Assembly: GCA_038867615.1 (NCBI GenBank)
Contig: JAWBYA010000003.1
Span: 205,034-269,033, forward strand
Length of the DNA stretch: 64,000 nt
From: Sulfolobales archaeon
GTDB lineage: Archaea > Thermoproteota > Thermoprotei_A > Sulfolobales > AG1
Direction of reading: 5' to 3'
Positions within the stretch are counted from its first letter, which is position 1. The number at the start of each line of letters is the position of its first letter. Position numbers and translations under genes: made by a program. The notes under the pieces were generated by a model that was given only the letters and a program-made list of their open reading frames with translations, had not been told where the DNA came from and made no database searches. Positions 20,389 to 30,176 of the stretch are shown here, piece after piece.

Positions 20389-21351
20389 TCAGCATTCGAG
20401 ATCCATTTCCTGTGAGCATATGGATGCAATGCTAGAGATCCTCTTAGAGATCTCCATCGGATCCTTACCACCTATGTATGTTATCGGCTCAACCCCGATT
20501 CCTCCAAGATCTATAACTGCATCAACGCCCCGCTCTACAAAGGCATTGCTAACATCAGCTACTATTGTGTCCTCATCTACATAGCCTCTTCGAGCCTGGA
20601 TCACTTCGTACTTGAGCCCGAGCTTCTTGAGCGCATCTATAACACACTTGATGGCTTTGATGTTTGCTATTGCTCTAAGATCTCTTCTCCTCCTAGCTAT
20701 ATTAAGCAGTATTTTTCCCAGATGCCTACTAGCCCCCCATGTGGGTTTTGACACAGTAGCTATAGATCTTCCCACTTTCGTTATCCTCCCAGGAAATGCT
20801 GCTATATCGTTGAGAGATATCGCACCTTCTTTTGCATATGCTATGTTCATAAGCACCTCTGGGATTAGTATGTACACACACTTCTCTCGGGATAGATATT
20901 CATAGGCGTTCTCGAGAGCCTTGAGGACATTCACGCCGGAAGGTATCTGTATTATTTCTGAGCATATCCTGCAATCAGGCGGTATGCTTGGATCAAGCTT
21001 TCTATGGGCCTCGCATAGCCTTAGCTCTGATAACCACCTAAGTATTTGCTCGGTGAGTATGCTGAGGGCATCAACCTTCCTATCCTCCTTAACCAGTGCA
21101 AGGATCCTCTCTACCAGTGAGTGGAACTCGGCACCATTAATACCTGCCGCAGAGATCTTCGCCAGGATCTTTTCCTCTGAATATGCAGGGCTTCTAATAT
21201 ATATGTTAACAGTAGGCTGTGTAACCCCAAGGATCTTTGCTATCTGCATCTGGGTATAACCCTCACTCCACAGCCTTCTAGCCAGTGCAGCCTTAACAGG
21301 TGTCGATATGTATTCCTCAACCACATCGAATGGTAGTCTCAATCTCCTCAA
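20389..21351 (-). CDS. HTH plus ThiN-domain protein (ThiR-like thiamine regulator)
   Basis: N-terminal HTH TQMQIAKILGVTQPTV; ThiN-type motifs IPEVLMNIAY, AAFPGRI and WGASRH. Confidence 0.8.
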   Translation of the reverse strand: MRRLRLPFDVVEEYISTPVKAALARRLWSEGYTQMQIAKILGVTQPTVNIYIRSPAYSEEKILAKISAAGINGAEFHSLVERILALVKEDRKVDALSILTEQILRWLSELRLCEAHRKLDPSIPPDCRICSEIIQIPSGVNVLKALENAYEYLSREKCVYILIPEVLMNIAYAKEGAISLNDIAAFPGRITKVGRSIATVSKPTWGASRHLGKILLNIARRRRDLRAIANIKAIKCVIDALKKLGLKYEVIQARRGYVDEDTIVADVSNAFVERGVDAVIDLGGIGVEPITYIGGKDPMEISKRISSIASICSQEMDLEC

Positions 21352-21618
21352 ACATATTATTGCTAGTCTATTTTTATCCCTATAGAGTGGTTATTATTAT
21401 GTATTAACATGCGAATCCGCATTATGTTAGCGTTGACGCGGTCCGTGGTTTTCGACAGTTTAGACAAGCCAGTAGGGCTTAGAAGATCTCCAAGAATATT
21501 ACCTTAGTTCTCACCAACATGGCGAAACCCATGATTGTTTGTATAAGCTGTGTAGATTGTAACGCACGGCTTATCTTTATATCGCTTTAAAGGGAAGATC
21601 TATTGTTGGGAGGGTATT

Positions 21619-22770
21619 GTGGAGGGGATAGCAGACCTACCGTTACACAGCGGTGCTGTGCCGAGATGGCTTTATGAGTATATGGAGAGGCTTGGGCGTG
21701 CGATAATAGAGGTTCTTATCGAGGAGTATGGCCCTAGCGAGGTGGTTAGGAGGTTCTCAGACCCTCTCTGGTTCCAGGCATTCAATAATGCTATCGGTAT
21801 GGATTGGGATAGTAGTGGCTCTACCACGGTTGTTCTCAGGATTCTCAAGAATATTAGCTGGAATAAAGATCTAGGTTTTCTTGTTCTCGGGGGTAAGGGT
21901 GCTGAGTCGAGAAGAATTCCTGAGGAGAGCACCATAGCTGTTGAGAAGCTAGGCCTTGGCGAGGATCAGGGCTCTGTGATTAGGAGGGTTAGCTATATCG
22001 GTGCTAAGATCGATAGTGTTTTGTTACAAGACGGTCACCAGATCTATATACACGGGATCATGGTTTCTGAGGATGGTTTATGGACTATAATCCAGCAGGG
22101 TATGAACATAGAGAGGGGGTATGCTAGGAGGTATCATCTCTCAAGCGATACCTTCAGGGATCTTCCATGGAATCCCCATAGCGGTTTAGCATCTAACCAG
22201 ATCCTAAAGCCCCTCAATCTAACAGATAACGGCTCTATGGATACTGTGAAGCTGATTGAGGATCTCTTCTCACAGAGCGTGTCAAAAATAATAAGCGACA
22301 TAGCTTTGGCAGACGCGTGTATAAGGGGTAAAAGAACACTTATAGGCAACCCCTGTAGGGGTTCTAGGAGAGAGTTCACCATAGGCTACTATAAACCTGT
22401 GAGCATTAATGCAGGGCTCATAGAGGCTATAAACAGGGCTCAGCTGGAAGGAGCTAGAAGAATAGTCGATATACTCGGTGCGAGGGGCTTTGGTCCAGAA
22501 GCGATGAGGGCTCTGGTGTTGGTGGCTGATTTGATATATGGCTATACACCTTCTAATAAAGATCCTGTGAGCCACCCGATGGATCCTTTCAAATACTCAT
22601 ACGCTCACGGCGGGAAAGACGGGGTTCCATATAGGGTGAGAAGGGATTTGCTTGAGAGAACCATAGTAACTCTTGAAGAGGCTGTTGAGAGGGCGAGGCT
22701 TGGTAGGAAGGAGGCTATGGAGAGTCTTAAAAGGCTTGCAAGGTTCTCCTCAATGATCCTGGATGGATAG
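21619..22770 (+). CDS. DUF763 domain protein
   Basis: ADLPLH, SDPLWFQAF, GMDWDSSG, QQGMN and YAHGGKDGVP motifs. Confidence 0.88.
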   Translation: MEGIADLPLHSGAVPRWLYEYMERLGRAIIEVLIEEYGPSEVVRRFSDPLWFQAFNNAIGMDWDSSGSTTVVLRILKNISWNKDLGFLVLGGKGAESRRIPEESTIAVEKLGLGEDQGSVIRRVSYIGAKIDSVLLQDGHQIYIHGIMVSEDGLWTIIQQGMNIERGYARRYHLSSDTFRDLPWNPHSGLASNQILKPLNLTDNGSMDTVKLIEDLFSQSVSKIISDIALADACIRGKRTLIGNPCRGSRREFTIGYYKPVSINAGLIEAINRAQLEGARRIVDILGARGFGPEAMRALVLVADLIYGYTPSNKDPVSHPMDPFKYSYAHGGKDGVPYRVRRDLLERTIVTLEEAVERARLGRKEAMESLKRLARFSSMILDG

Positions 22771-22823
22771 CTTTACCGCTTATTACCCGCCTCAACCATG
22801 CTTATCGTTGGAGGCGGTAGGGA

Positions 22824-23663
22824 ATAGAGGTTTATGTCGAGGTACTTCTACTCTTCCTAACAGGCTTTCTTGGAGGGCTTATAGGCGCCTTAACAGGGCT
22901 TGGCGGTAGCGCCATAGCTACGCCAATCCTTGTGAGCTATCTAGGCATCCCTCTCAGGGTAGCGATAGGGTCAGGAATAATAACCACAATAGCTAATAGT
23001 AGCACTAGCGGTGCAGGCTACCTAGCCAAGGGTATTGCTAACCTGAGGGTTGGGTATTCACTAGCTATAGCAACTATCCTCGGATCCATAGTTGGGGTTA
23101 TAATAAACATAAACATTCCAACAAAGATCCTCTATATAGTGTTCGGCGTTGTTCTAGCCATAGCACCGCTACCCGGCATTATATCTCGCAAGGATCAGAT
23201 TTTCGTCGTTAGACATACCAATCAGGATCCAATATCTATGAAGCTGGGCCTTAGGGGTAGCTATTACGATGAGAACAAGAAAGCCCGTATTGAATATGTA
23301 GGGTCTAGGTATCCCCTATCTTTCCTATCAATGATGGGTGCAGGGATCATCTCAGGCCTCCTCGGGATAGGTGCTGGCGCCTTCAAAGTCCTATCAATGG
23401 ACTATGTTATGGGGCTTCCATTCAAGGTATCAACAGCAACAAGCTCGTTCATGATAGGGTTAACAGCAACATCCGGCGGTATACAGTACCTAATACTCGG
23501 TTATGCTGACCCACTTCTAGTATCCCTACTAGTCCCTGGGGTCATACTAGGCTCATACGTATCATCAAGGATCCTTAACAAGCTTGCGAGCAAGACCCTT
23601 AGGTATATATTTACGGTCGTTGTATGGCTGCTGGCTATAGAGATGATATGGAGGGGTTTATAG
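22824..23663 (+). CDS. Sulfite exporter TauE/SafE (TSUP) family transporter; probable ATA start
   Basis: The frame is open 36 codons upstream of GTG 22932 and encodes the family N-terminal motif GFLGGLIGALTGLGG. An in-frame TAG lies at 22818-22820. ATA 22824 follows GGAGG. SGLLGIGAG and ATSSFMIG occur in the second half. Confidence 0.85.
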   Translation: MEVYVEVLLLFLTGFLGGLIGALTGLGGSAIATPILVSYLGIPLRVAIGSGIITTIANSSTSGAGYLAKGIANLRVGYSLAIATILGSIVGVIININIPTKILYIVFGVVLAIAPLPGIISRKDQIFVVRHTNQDPISMKLGLRGSYYDENKKARIEYVGSRYPLSFLSMMGAGIISGLLGIGAGAFKVLSMDYVMGLPFKVSTATSSFMIGLTATSGGIQYLILGYADPLLVSLLVPGVILGSYVSSRILNKLASKTLRYIFTVVVWLLAIEMIWRGL

Positions 23664-24044
23664 ATGGGAAGCCCCGGCTTGGCTGAGCGTACTGTGTATA
23701 GCATCTTAAAACTTTCTGTGTTAGCCTCGCTAGTAGTTATAGCAGTAGGTATTGTATGGATGTTTTACCATCTACACATTCAGGGCTTTCCGACAGATAA
23801 GTGGCTCACCTTTAATGGTACACGTATAAGTGACTTTGCACACATGATCTCTAGAATGGATCCTCGGGGGATTCTAGGGCTTTCAGCAGTTATCCTGATA
23901 CTAGGCGTGGTTCTAGCTATAGTCTCGGTGCTCATAACCTCTCTAAGAACGAGAGATAACAGTCTAGCGATCGTTTCAGCAGTACTTCTAATACTCATAC
24001 TGATCTCGACATCGATAGGTCTGATAATAAAGTCTAGAGGCTAA
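23664..24044 (+). CDS. DUF1634-like membrane protein (usual TauE partner)
   Basis: Three hydrophobic helices; abuts the TauE stop codon. Confidence 0.7.
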   Translation: MGSPGLAERTVYSILKLSVLASLVVIAVGIVWMFYHLHIQGFPTDKWLTFNGTRISDFAHMISRMDPRGILGLSAVILILGVVLAIVSVLITSLRTRDNSLAIVSAVLLILILISTSIGLIIKSRG

Positions 24045-24163
24045 CTTGCTCTTACGGATCGTTTTCTACAGATATTTCTGGAAAGCTTTAGAGATCTATT
24101 GGCTTAACTTCTATAGCAGGTGGTTTTAGTGTTTTTATCACATAGCAATACAATATTTCCCTA

Positions 24164-24544
24164 TCATCTCCTAGATATAGCGGTTCTCGAGGTTTTCATT
24201 GATATATAGCCTGTGATCGCGATCACGATAACCAGCATAACGCCAAGGACCATGTGGATGTCCGAAACGATTATTGAAGGGGAGAAATATATGTGCATTC
24301 CTAGGGCTACCTGAGAAAGTGTTAGCAGCAACGCTATGAGTGAGAATATCTTGAGGAGAGGGGATCCTTGAGATCTTATTGAGCTATAGGTTAGAAAGAC
24401 TATGAGGATCAGACCAACGATCCCGATCGTTGCGTGGAGATCCCTAAGGTAGTAGAGACCATAAAAAACCATAGCGAGACCCAATATATACTGTACAATA
24501 ACACCCACACCAACCAGGAGGCTGATCAGCCCAACAAGCCTCAT
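24164..24544 (-). CDS. Four-helix membrane protein of unknown function
   Basis: Four TM segments with repeated Q..LG and H..G motifs (QYILG..LHATIG; QVALG..IHMVLG). Confidence 0.7.
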   Translation of the reverse strand: MRLVGLISLLVGVGVIVQYILGLAMVFYGLYYLRDLHATIGIVGLILIVFLTYSSIRSQGSPLLKIFSLIALLLTLSQVALGMHIYFSPSIIVSDIHMVLGVMLVIVIAITGYISMKTSRTAISRR

Positions 24545-24619
24545 GGTATATACCAGAATGTAATAGTTGTAAAGGATAAAAACCCAAATGACAATAATAT
24601 ATATATGGCGGGGCAGTGC

Positions 24620-24696
24620 AGCGGGGTAGGGCAGCCAGGTAGCCCGCGGGGCTCATAACCCCGAGGTCGGTGGTTCAAATCCACCCCCCGCTACCA
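24620..24696 (+). tRNA. Initiator tRNA-Met(CAT), CCA encoded
   Basis: A1-T72 pair (AGCGGGG/CCCCGCT-ACCA), consecutive G-C pairs in the anticodon stem, CTCATAA loop. Confidence 0.96.
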
Positions 24697-24778
24697 ATAA
24701 ACCCCCGCCGCCAATGGTAGAAAACCTGGTTGCTTCCAAACAATTATAAATAATCCTCTTCTTCTAGATGGTTTGTAG

Positions 24779-25039
24779 GTGTTGCTCTTGGATCTCAGAG
24801 AGGCTCAGGATCTTATAGCAAAGCTATACCTTCAAAGGGATAGAGGGAGGGGCGTTTTCGCTACATTTACATGGTTTGTTGAGGAGGTGGGGGAACTTGC
24901 TGAGGCTATACTAGGAGGTGATAAAGACTCGATGGAAGAGGAAATAGCCGATGTGCTTGCATGGCTCCTCTCTATAGCTAATCTTGTTGATGTTGATGTT
25001 GAGAAGGCTTTCAAGAAAAAATATGTTAAAGGTAACTAG
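24779..25039 (+). CDS. MazG-like nucleotide pyrophosphohydrolase
   Basis: EEVGELAEA and EEIADVLAW motifs. Confidence 0.88.
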   Translation: MLLLDLREAQDLIAKLYLQRDRGRGVFATFTWFVEEVGELAEAILGGDKDSMEEEIADVLAWLLSIANLVDVDVEKAFKKKYVKGN

Positions 25040-25228
25040 AATTGCTTCTTTTCTAATAATATCTAGAGAATGTTGACAATATATAGGACGATCATGCCAC
25101 GTATTCCTGGATGTTGATGGGCTTGGTAGTTGTCCATAAGCAACAGGATCCATGGGTCTCCTGCTAGGTGGAAGCTTCCTGGTATGAGGGAAGAACAAAA
25201 ATATCAACAAGCATCCAATGATAAACAA

Positions 25229-26263
25229 CTAGTAGAAGCCTGGTGGTTTTACTCTAAGTACCTCTTTGTTAACTAATGTCGGAGGCTCTCTCCCAGCTGC
25301 GAATGCTAGTAGGTTCTCTACAGCTAGGAGGGCCATTGCGAGTCTTGTCTCTCTAGTTGCAGAGCCTATATGAGGTGTGAGCACCACGTTCTTGAACCTG
25401 GTTAGGGGGTGGTTTGGGTTGAGGGGTTCCTCCTCATAGACATCTAAACCAGCACCGGCTATCCAGCCTTTCTCTAGTGCTTCTATGAGTGCTTCTGTAT
25501 CTATTACAGCCCCTCTGGAGGTGTTTATAACTATAGCTCCTCTCTTTACCTTATTTAGCCTCTCTCTATTAATCATATGCCTGGTCTCTTTTGTTAGGGG
25601 GACATGTATTGAGATTATATCGCTGTTTGAGAGAAGATCATCGAGATCTCTATACTCGGCTCCAAGCTCTTTCTCCAAGTTCTCAGGAAGTCTTCTCCTA
25701 CTATAGTAGATGATCTTCATGTTAAAGGCTTTCGCTCTTCTGGCAACAGCAATACCTATACGCCCCATTCCTATTATACCTAAGGTCTTTCCATATAGCT
25801 CCATGCCAAGCATCATTTTGGGATGAAATGGGGTTCCTGTTCTCCACCATTCACCCCATCTAACGAAATGGTCTCCCTCGACGATTCTTCTAGCAGTAGC
25901 TAGTATGAGGGCTAGTGCTAGATCTGCTGTAGCTTCTGTAAGCACTCCTGGTGTGTTGGTTACATATATACCATGCTGGGTTGCGCACTCTACATCTATA
26001 TTATCATAGCCAACAGCCATGTTGGCTATGATCCTTATCTTGTGAGAAATACTTCTAATCATATCGCAATCAAATCTATCGATAGGCATGCTGAGCACGG
26101 CGTCGAATTCTGCAAGCTTTTTCCTCAGAAACTCGTAAGGCGGGTGCTGGTATCTATCCCAGACTTCATAATCATATACGCCCTCAAGCTTCTTGAGAGC
26201 TTCATCAAAGATCTCTCTGGTTATGTAGAGCCGAGGCTTTGACGAACCAGAACTCTTATTCAT
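25229..26263 (-). CDS. gyaR: Glyoxylate reductase / D-2-hydroxyacid dehydrogenase
   Basis: AVGYDNID, NTPGVLT, GMGRIG, NTSRG, LDVYEEEP and PHIGSAT motifs. Confidence 0.88.
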   Translation of the reverse strand: MNKSSGSSKPRLYITREIFDEALKKLEGVYDYEVWDRYQHPPYEFLRKKLAEFDAVLSMPIDRFDCDMIRSISHKIRIIANMAVGYDNIDVECATQHGIYVTNTPGVLTEATADLALALILATARRIVEGDHFVRWGEWWRTGTPFHPKMMLGMELYGKTLGIIGMGRIGIAVARRAKAFNMKIIYYSRRRLPENLEKELGAEYRDLDDLLSNSDIISIHVPLTKETRHMINRERLNKVKRGAIVINTSRGAVIDTEALIEALEKGWIAGAGLDVYEEEPLNPNHPLTRFKNVVLTPHIGSATRETRLAMALLAVENLLAFAAGREPPTLVNKEVLRVKPPGFY

Positions 26264-26395
26264 ATAACTTCCCAGGTATATAGATAACTGGCTGTCTATT
26301 AGCTATAAAGCTTTGTCTCTCGAATTGTGTTTTACATCACCAAGCCGTTGGTTCATTCATGCTATATAGTGCTGGGATGGTAATTATTAATGGAC

Positions 26396-26443
26396 GTGAT
26401 GTATACGCCATCGGCTGAGAGGTGATGTGATCCGCTCCCCTGA
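26396..26443 (+). ncRNA. Box C/D methylation guide sRNA
   Basis: Box C GTGATGT, guide ATACGCCATCGG, D' CTGA, C' GTGATGT, guide GATCCGCTCCC, D CTGA; canonical spacing and intergenic position. Confidence 0.85.
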
Positions 26444-26505
26444 TAGTATATGTAGACATTGAAACAGATCTACATTGTTTCGATAGGTAAAGCCTTAACG
26501 ACTCT

Positions 26506-29500
26506 CTAGCTCTTTCTAAGTACTAGGGTCTTGATCTCGTAGGGTTTGAGATGAAGCGAGACGCTCCCTGCGCTCGAGCTTAGGGGTCTGATCTCCCTCT
26601 CTAATAGATCTGATTCAAGTATTTCAAACATACCCCATAGGTCAAGCTTTACAGTTGTCTCTTTACCCTCAGCCTCATAGATCCTGGCTATTAGGCCGTC
26701 TCCCCGCTCCATTTTCTTCAATACCTCAAGAATCGCCGAGCCACCTTCGAGCTTCGCGAAGCTAACAGTAGGATTCTCTATGCGGGGCTTCGATATTCTG
26801 AGCGTTGTTGGAGGGCTCCACAGCTCGTAGGCTATCCTAGTAACACTACCTTCTATGTAGCCCCCTCTGTGGGGGTATATGTAATATATGGTTTCAAAAG
26901 GATCTAGGTCTCCGTAGGGGTTTGGGAAGAGCGATGTTTTTACAAGGGTTAACCCGATCCTATTATCCTTTGCGCTATACCCATGCTTTGTGAAGGAGAT
27001 AATAGCGATCCCCATATCTCCGTTTGATATATCAATCCACCTGAGGGCTGGTGCCTCGAACTTAGCGCTATCCCAGCTATCGGCATGCCTAGATCTCCTC
27101 TTTATGATTCCGAAGGGTATTTCGTAGTATACTTCGTTAAATTCGAAGGATGGCTCGATCCATGCTTTGAGGAGATATCCTCTCGAGCGCCAATGGATCC
27201 TAGATCTAATCTCAACCACCCTGGATCCTCTCCTGACACAGATCCTTTGCTCAACAACAGACCCTCTAGAACCCAACGTGACGCTGGCACAAGAGATCAT
27301 GGGGCTTGCTATAACCACCCTAGGCTTTTCAGCAATACCTAGCGGTGTGCTCGGTATTTCAAGAGAGCTCCTCTCTATATCCCATGCGTCCCAATCGCCT
27401 GGTTTATCTTGGTGCATCTCAAGCCTATGGGTTTTTATAGCTGTAGATCCTTTCTCTTTATCAAATACAGAGAAAGATCCGTCATTATATATCCTCACCT
27501 CTAGAGCCTCATTACCTATTACCACCAAGCCGTCTAGCTCTAAGGCATAAGTACCTGCGGCATTTATGAGGGGTTCTTGAGGGCTTGTCTGTTCTAATCT
27601 CTCAAGGAGTATGTAGCCTAGTGGGGGGATCTCAACCTCGATTAGAGAGGTGTTAACGAGATCCTGTCCAGGTACGCGATCACCTCCTAGAAGCCTATAG
27701 GATCCTCTTGGAAGCTCTACAAAGCTTCTCCTAGTCCACGGGAGATCGTTGAATATAGCTATATAGGCCCCCACAGGATCTTCAGATCCTGATATTGATG
27801 CCAGAGCATTTTTACGAACCCTCTCGCAAGAGGCTATCACATATTCAAGATCGCTGTAAGCTTCTCTATAGGCCTCGTAATTAGCCGATCCTGGGAGCAC
27901 GTCATGGAACTGGGCTGTTAATAGTCTCTCCCAAGCTTCTCTGAGATCCTCGTATGGATATTTAAACAAACCGAGAGAATATGCGATCGAGCTCCAGATC
28001 TCCGCAGATCTCAGACATGATTCGGCTTTATATACAAGCTCCTTGATCCTATGGTTAGTAGTATACGTACCCCTATGAATCTCCACATATAGCTCTCCCC
28101 TCCATTTGGGAGCCTTTTCCGCTATTGGTTTTATAATTGATAGGTAGCCCTCCTCATCGATAGTATCTATAATACTGGGAAGCCCGGGGAGGCGTTTTAT
28201 CCAGGAGATTCTTTCTAGCATGGCTAGGTTTGGTCCTCCTCCCCCGTCTCCCTCGCCATAGGCATGTATAGCAGGCCCTAGATCCTTCTGAGCATATCTA
28301 TCCCAGAGGTTTTTTATCTCCTCCGATGTTGCAGAGCCGTTGTAGGTTAGAATCAATACATGCACAGGGATCGTTGTCCCATCTACCCCCTCCCATTGGA
28401 AAAGATGATATGGGAATCTATTGGTATCGTTCCACATGATCTTATGGGTTACGAAAACCTCTATACCTGATTTTCTCAGTATCTGTGGTAGCTGGGCTGA
28501 GAAGCCGAAGGTGTCTGGAAGCCACCCGATCCTTGCTATCCTTCCAAACCTACTCTCGAAATAAAGCTGTCCTAGGAGGAATTGCCTTGCAAGGGATTCT
28601 CCAGTAACTATATTAGTGTCGCTCTCAACCCACATACCTCCTACCGGTATCCATATGGATCTCGAAACATATTCCTTGATCTTCTCCGCTAGATCTTTAT
28701 TCATCTTCTCCAGCCATGCGTAGTACTGAGCAGAGCTCTGGGCAAAAGTAAACCTATACCCATCATCAGCCAGTCTGGCTATGTTAGCGAAGGATCTCAG
28801 GATTTTTCTCTTGGTCTCACTATAGGGCCAGAGCCAAGCGGCATCTATGTGGCAGTGACCGAGCATTATGATCGAGCCTGTTTTTGGGTATTTCTTGGAT
28901 AACCTTTCAAGCTCCTCTTCAAACACTGCGTAGGTGTGATCAATGATCTTATCTGCATCGCCCAGCATAGGATCGTCTATATCGCTATAAACACCACTCA
29001 TTACCGGGATACCATATACGCTGGCTATATATCTCCTATCCCACCTACTCTCAATAACCCCCTTAAGATCTCCTAACAATATCTCGGCAGCGAATGCCTG
29101 TGTTATTGATGGCACCAGATCTATTCCCAAGGTGGCCTTCCAAAGAGCATCTAGGAGATCTTTTCTTAAACTCTTATCAGACACTCTTGCAAGCCTTAAA
29201 GCCTCAAGCATCCCTATCCCTAGTGAGAACCCCTTCCAGTTCACGGCAACAGCAACAGCGTGATCGAAGTGAAGGCTCCACGGGTTTTCGCCGAAAAGAC
29301 CTCTAGGGCTAGCCTCTATCGATACATGATGCTCGCCGCTAGGGATGTTTGCAATTCTATGTGCGTGGTCTATACCCTGGTGGATATTGTTATCGATCTT
29401 TAGCAATCCACCACCGCTTATAGAGATCTTTAGGAGCCATCTGGTGTTAGGAATATCGCTGAGGCTTACTCTGGTTGAGAAAGTATATGTATCATCCGGG

Positions 29501-29646
29501 TGAACCCTAGAGATATAGGGGAGCTCTATCTCTATACCTAATTGCTCATAGAACCATCTCTGCATAGGGATTGCTTTTCTCACACTCAATCCCAGCAGGT
29601 CTATTACTCTTCTCCTAATCTCGCTCTCTTTAGGGAGGCTTGTCAT
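26506..29646 (-). CDS. Alpha-mannosidase, glycoside hydrolase family 38
   Basis: GHCHIDAAWLW, GGMWVESD, WLPDTFG, GDGGGGP, HRGTYT and QFHDVLPGS motifs. Confidence 0.95.
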   Translation of the reverse strand: MTSLPKESEIRRRVIDLLGLSVRKAIPMQRWFYEQLGIEIELPYISRVHPDDTYTFSTRVSLSDIPNTRWLLKISISGGGLLKIDNNIHQGIDHAHRIANIPSGEHHVSIEASPRGLFGENPWSLHFDHAVAVAVNWKGFSLGIGMLEALRLARVSDKSLRKDLLDALWKATLGIDLVPSITQAFAAEILLGDLKGVIESRWDRRYIASVYGIPVMSGVYSDIDDPMLGDADKIIDHTYAVFEEELERLSKKYPKTGSIIMLGHCHIDAAWLWPYSETKRKILRSFANIARLADDGYRFTFAQSSAQYYAWLEKMNKDLAEKIKEYVSRSIWIPVGGMWVESDTNIVTGESLARQFLLGQLYFESRFGRIARIGWLPDTFGFSAQLPQILRKSGIEVFVTHKIMWNDTNRFPYHLFQWEGVDGTTIPVHVLILTYNGSATSEEIKNLWDRYAQKDLGPAIHAYGEGDGGGGPNLAMLERISWIKRLPGLPSIIDTIDEEGYLSIIKPIAEKAPKWRGELYVEIHRGTYTTNHRIKELVYKAESCLRSAEIWSSIAYSLGLFKYPYEDLREAWERLLTAQFHDVLPGSANYEAYREAYSDLEYVIASCERVRKNALASISGSEDPVGAYIAIFNDLPWTRRSFVELPRGSYRLLGGDRVPGQDLVNTSLIEVEIPPLGYILLERLEQTSPQEPLINAAGTYALELDGLVVIGNEALEVRIYNDGSFSVFDKEKGSTAIKTHRLEMHQDKPGDWDAWDIERSSLEIPSTPLGIAEKPRVVIASPMISCASVTLGSRGSVVEQRICVRRGSRVVEIRSRIHWRSRGYLLKAWIEPSFEFNEVYYEIPFGIIKRRSRHADSWDSAKFEAPALRWIDISNGDMGIAIISFTKHGYSAKDNRIGLTLVKTSLFPNPYGDLDPFETIYYIYPHRGGYIEGSVTRIAYELWSPPTTLRISKPRIENPTVSFAKLEGGSAILEVLKKMERGDGLIARIYEAEGKETTVKLDLWGMFEILESDLLEREIRPLSSSAGSVSLHLKPYEIKTLVLRKS

Positions 29647-29760
29647 CAGTTGGTAATAATTTTAGGGAATATTATAGGCTTTATGTTATATGTAAAGATC
29701 CTGGGGTGAAGGCTCTGTATAATAAATAGGGCTCTATGGTAGAATTCTATGGTGGTTTAG

Positions 29761-30096
29761 ATGGAGTTCTCAAACTTAGAGAGTGCGGTTAAACAGGAAC
29801 CTTCCAAAGGGATTAGGCGGTGGATTATGGTTAGTGGTGATAAGACCATGATGGTGTTGATAGAGCTCGATGAGGGATCTGTTATACCCTTGCATAACCA
29901 CCATAACGAGCAGACAGGATATGTTCTCAAAGGAAGGATAGAGTTCAGAACACCAAGTGGCACCTACACATTTAGTGAGGGGACAGCATATCTACTAAGA
30001 TCCAATGAGCCTCACGAGGTGCGCAACCCAGGCCCCGGGAAAGCCGTTGTAATCGAGGTCTTCTCACCCCCCAGGGAAGATTTCCTGAAGAGATGA
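29761..30096 (+). CDS. Cupin domain protein
   Basis: PLHNHHNEQ..YVLKG, NEPH and FSPPRED motifs. Confidence 0.88.
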   Translation: MEFSNLESAVKQEPSKGIRRWIMVSGDKTMMVLIELDEGSVIPLHNHHNEQTGYVLKGRIEFRTPSGTYTFSEGTAYLLRSNEPHEVRNPGPGKAVVIEVFSPPREDFLKR

Positions 30097-30176
30097 TCGC
30101 ATAGATAGAGATCATATCAACGATCTATTAGTATTTCTATATAGTGATCCCGTTTGGACAATCTATGTCAATAGAT

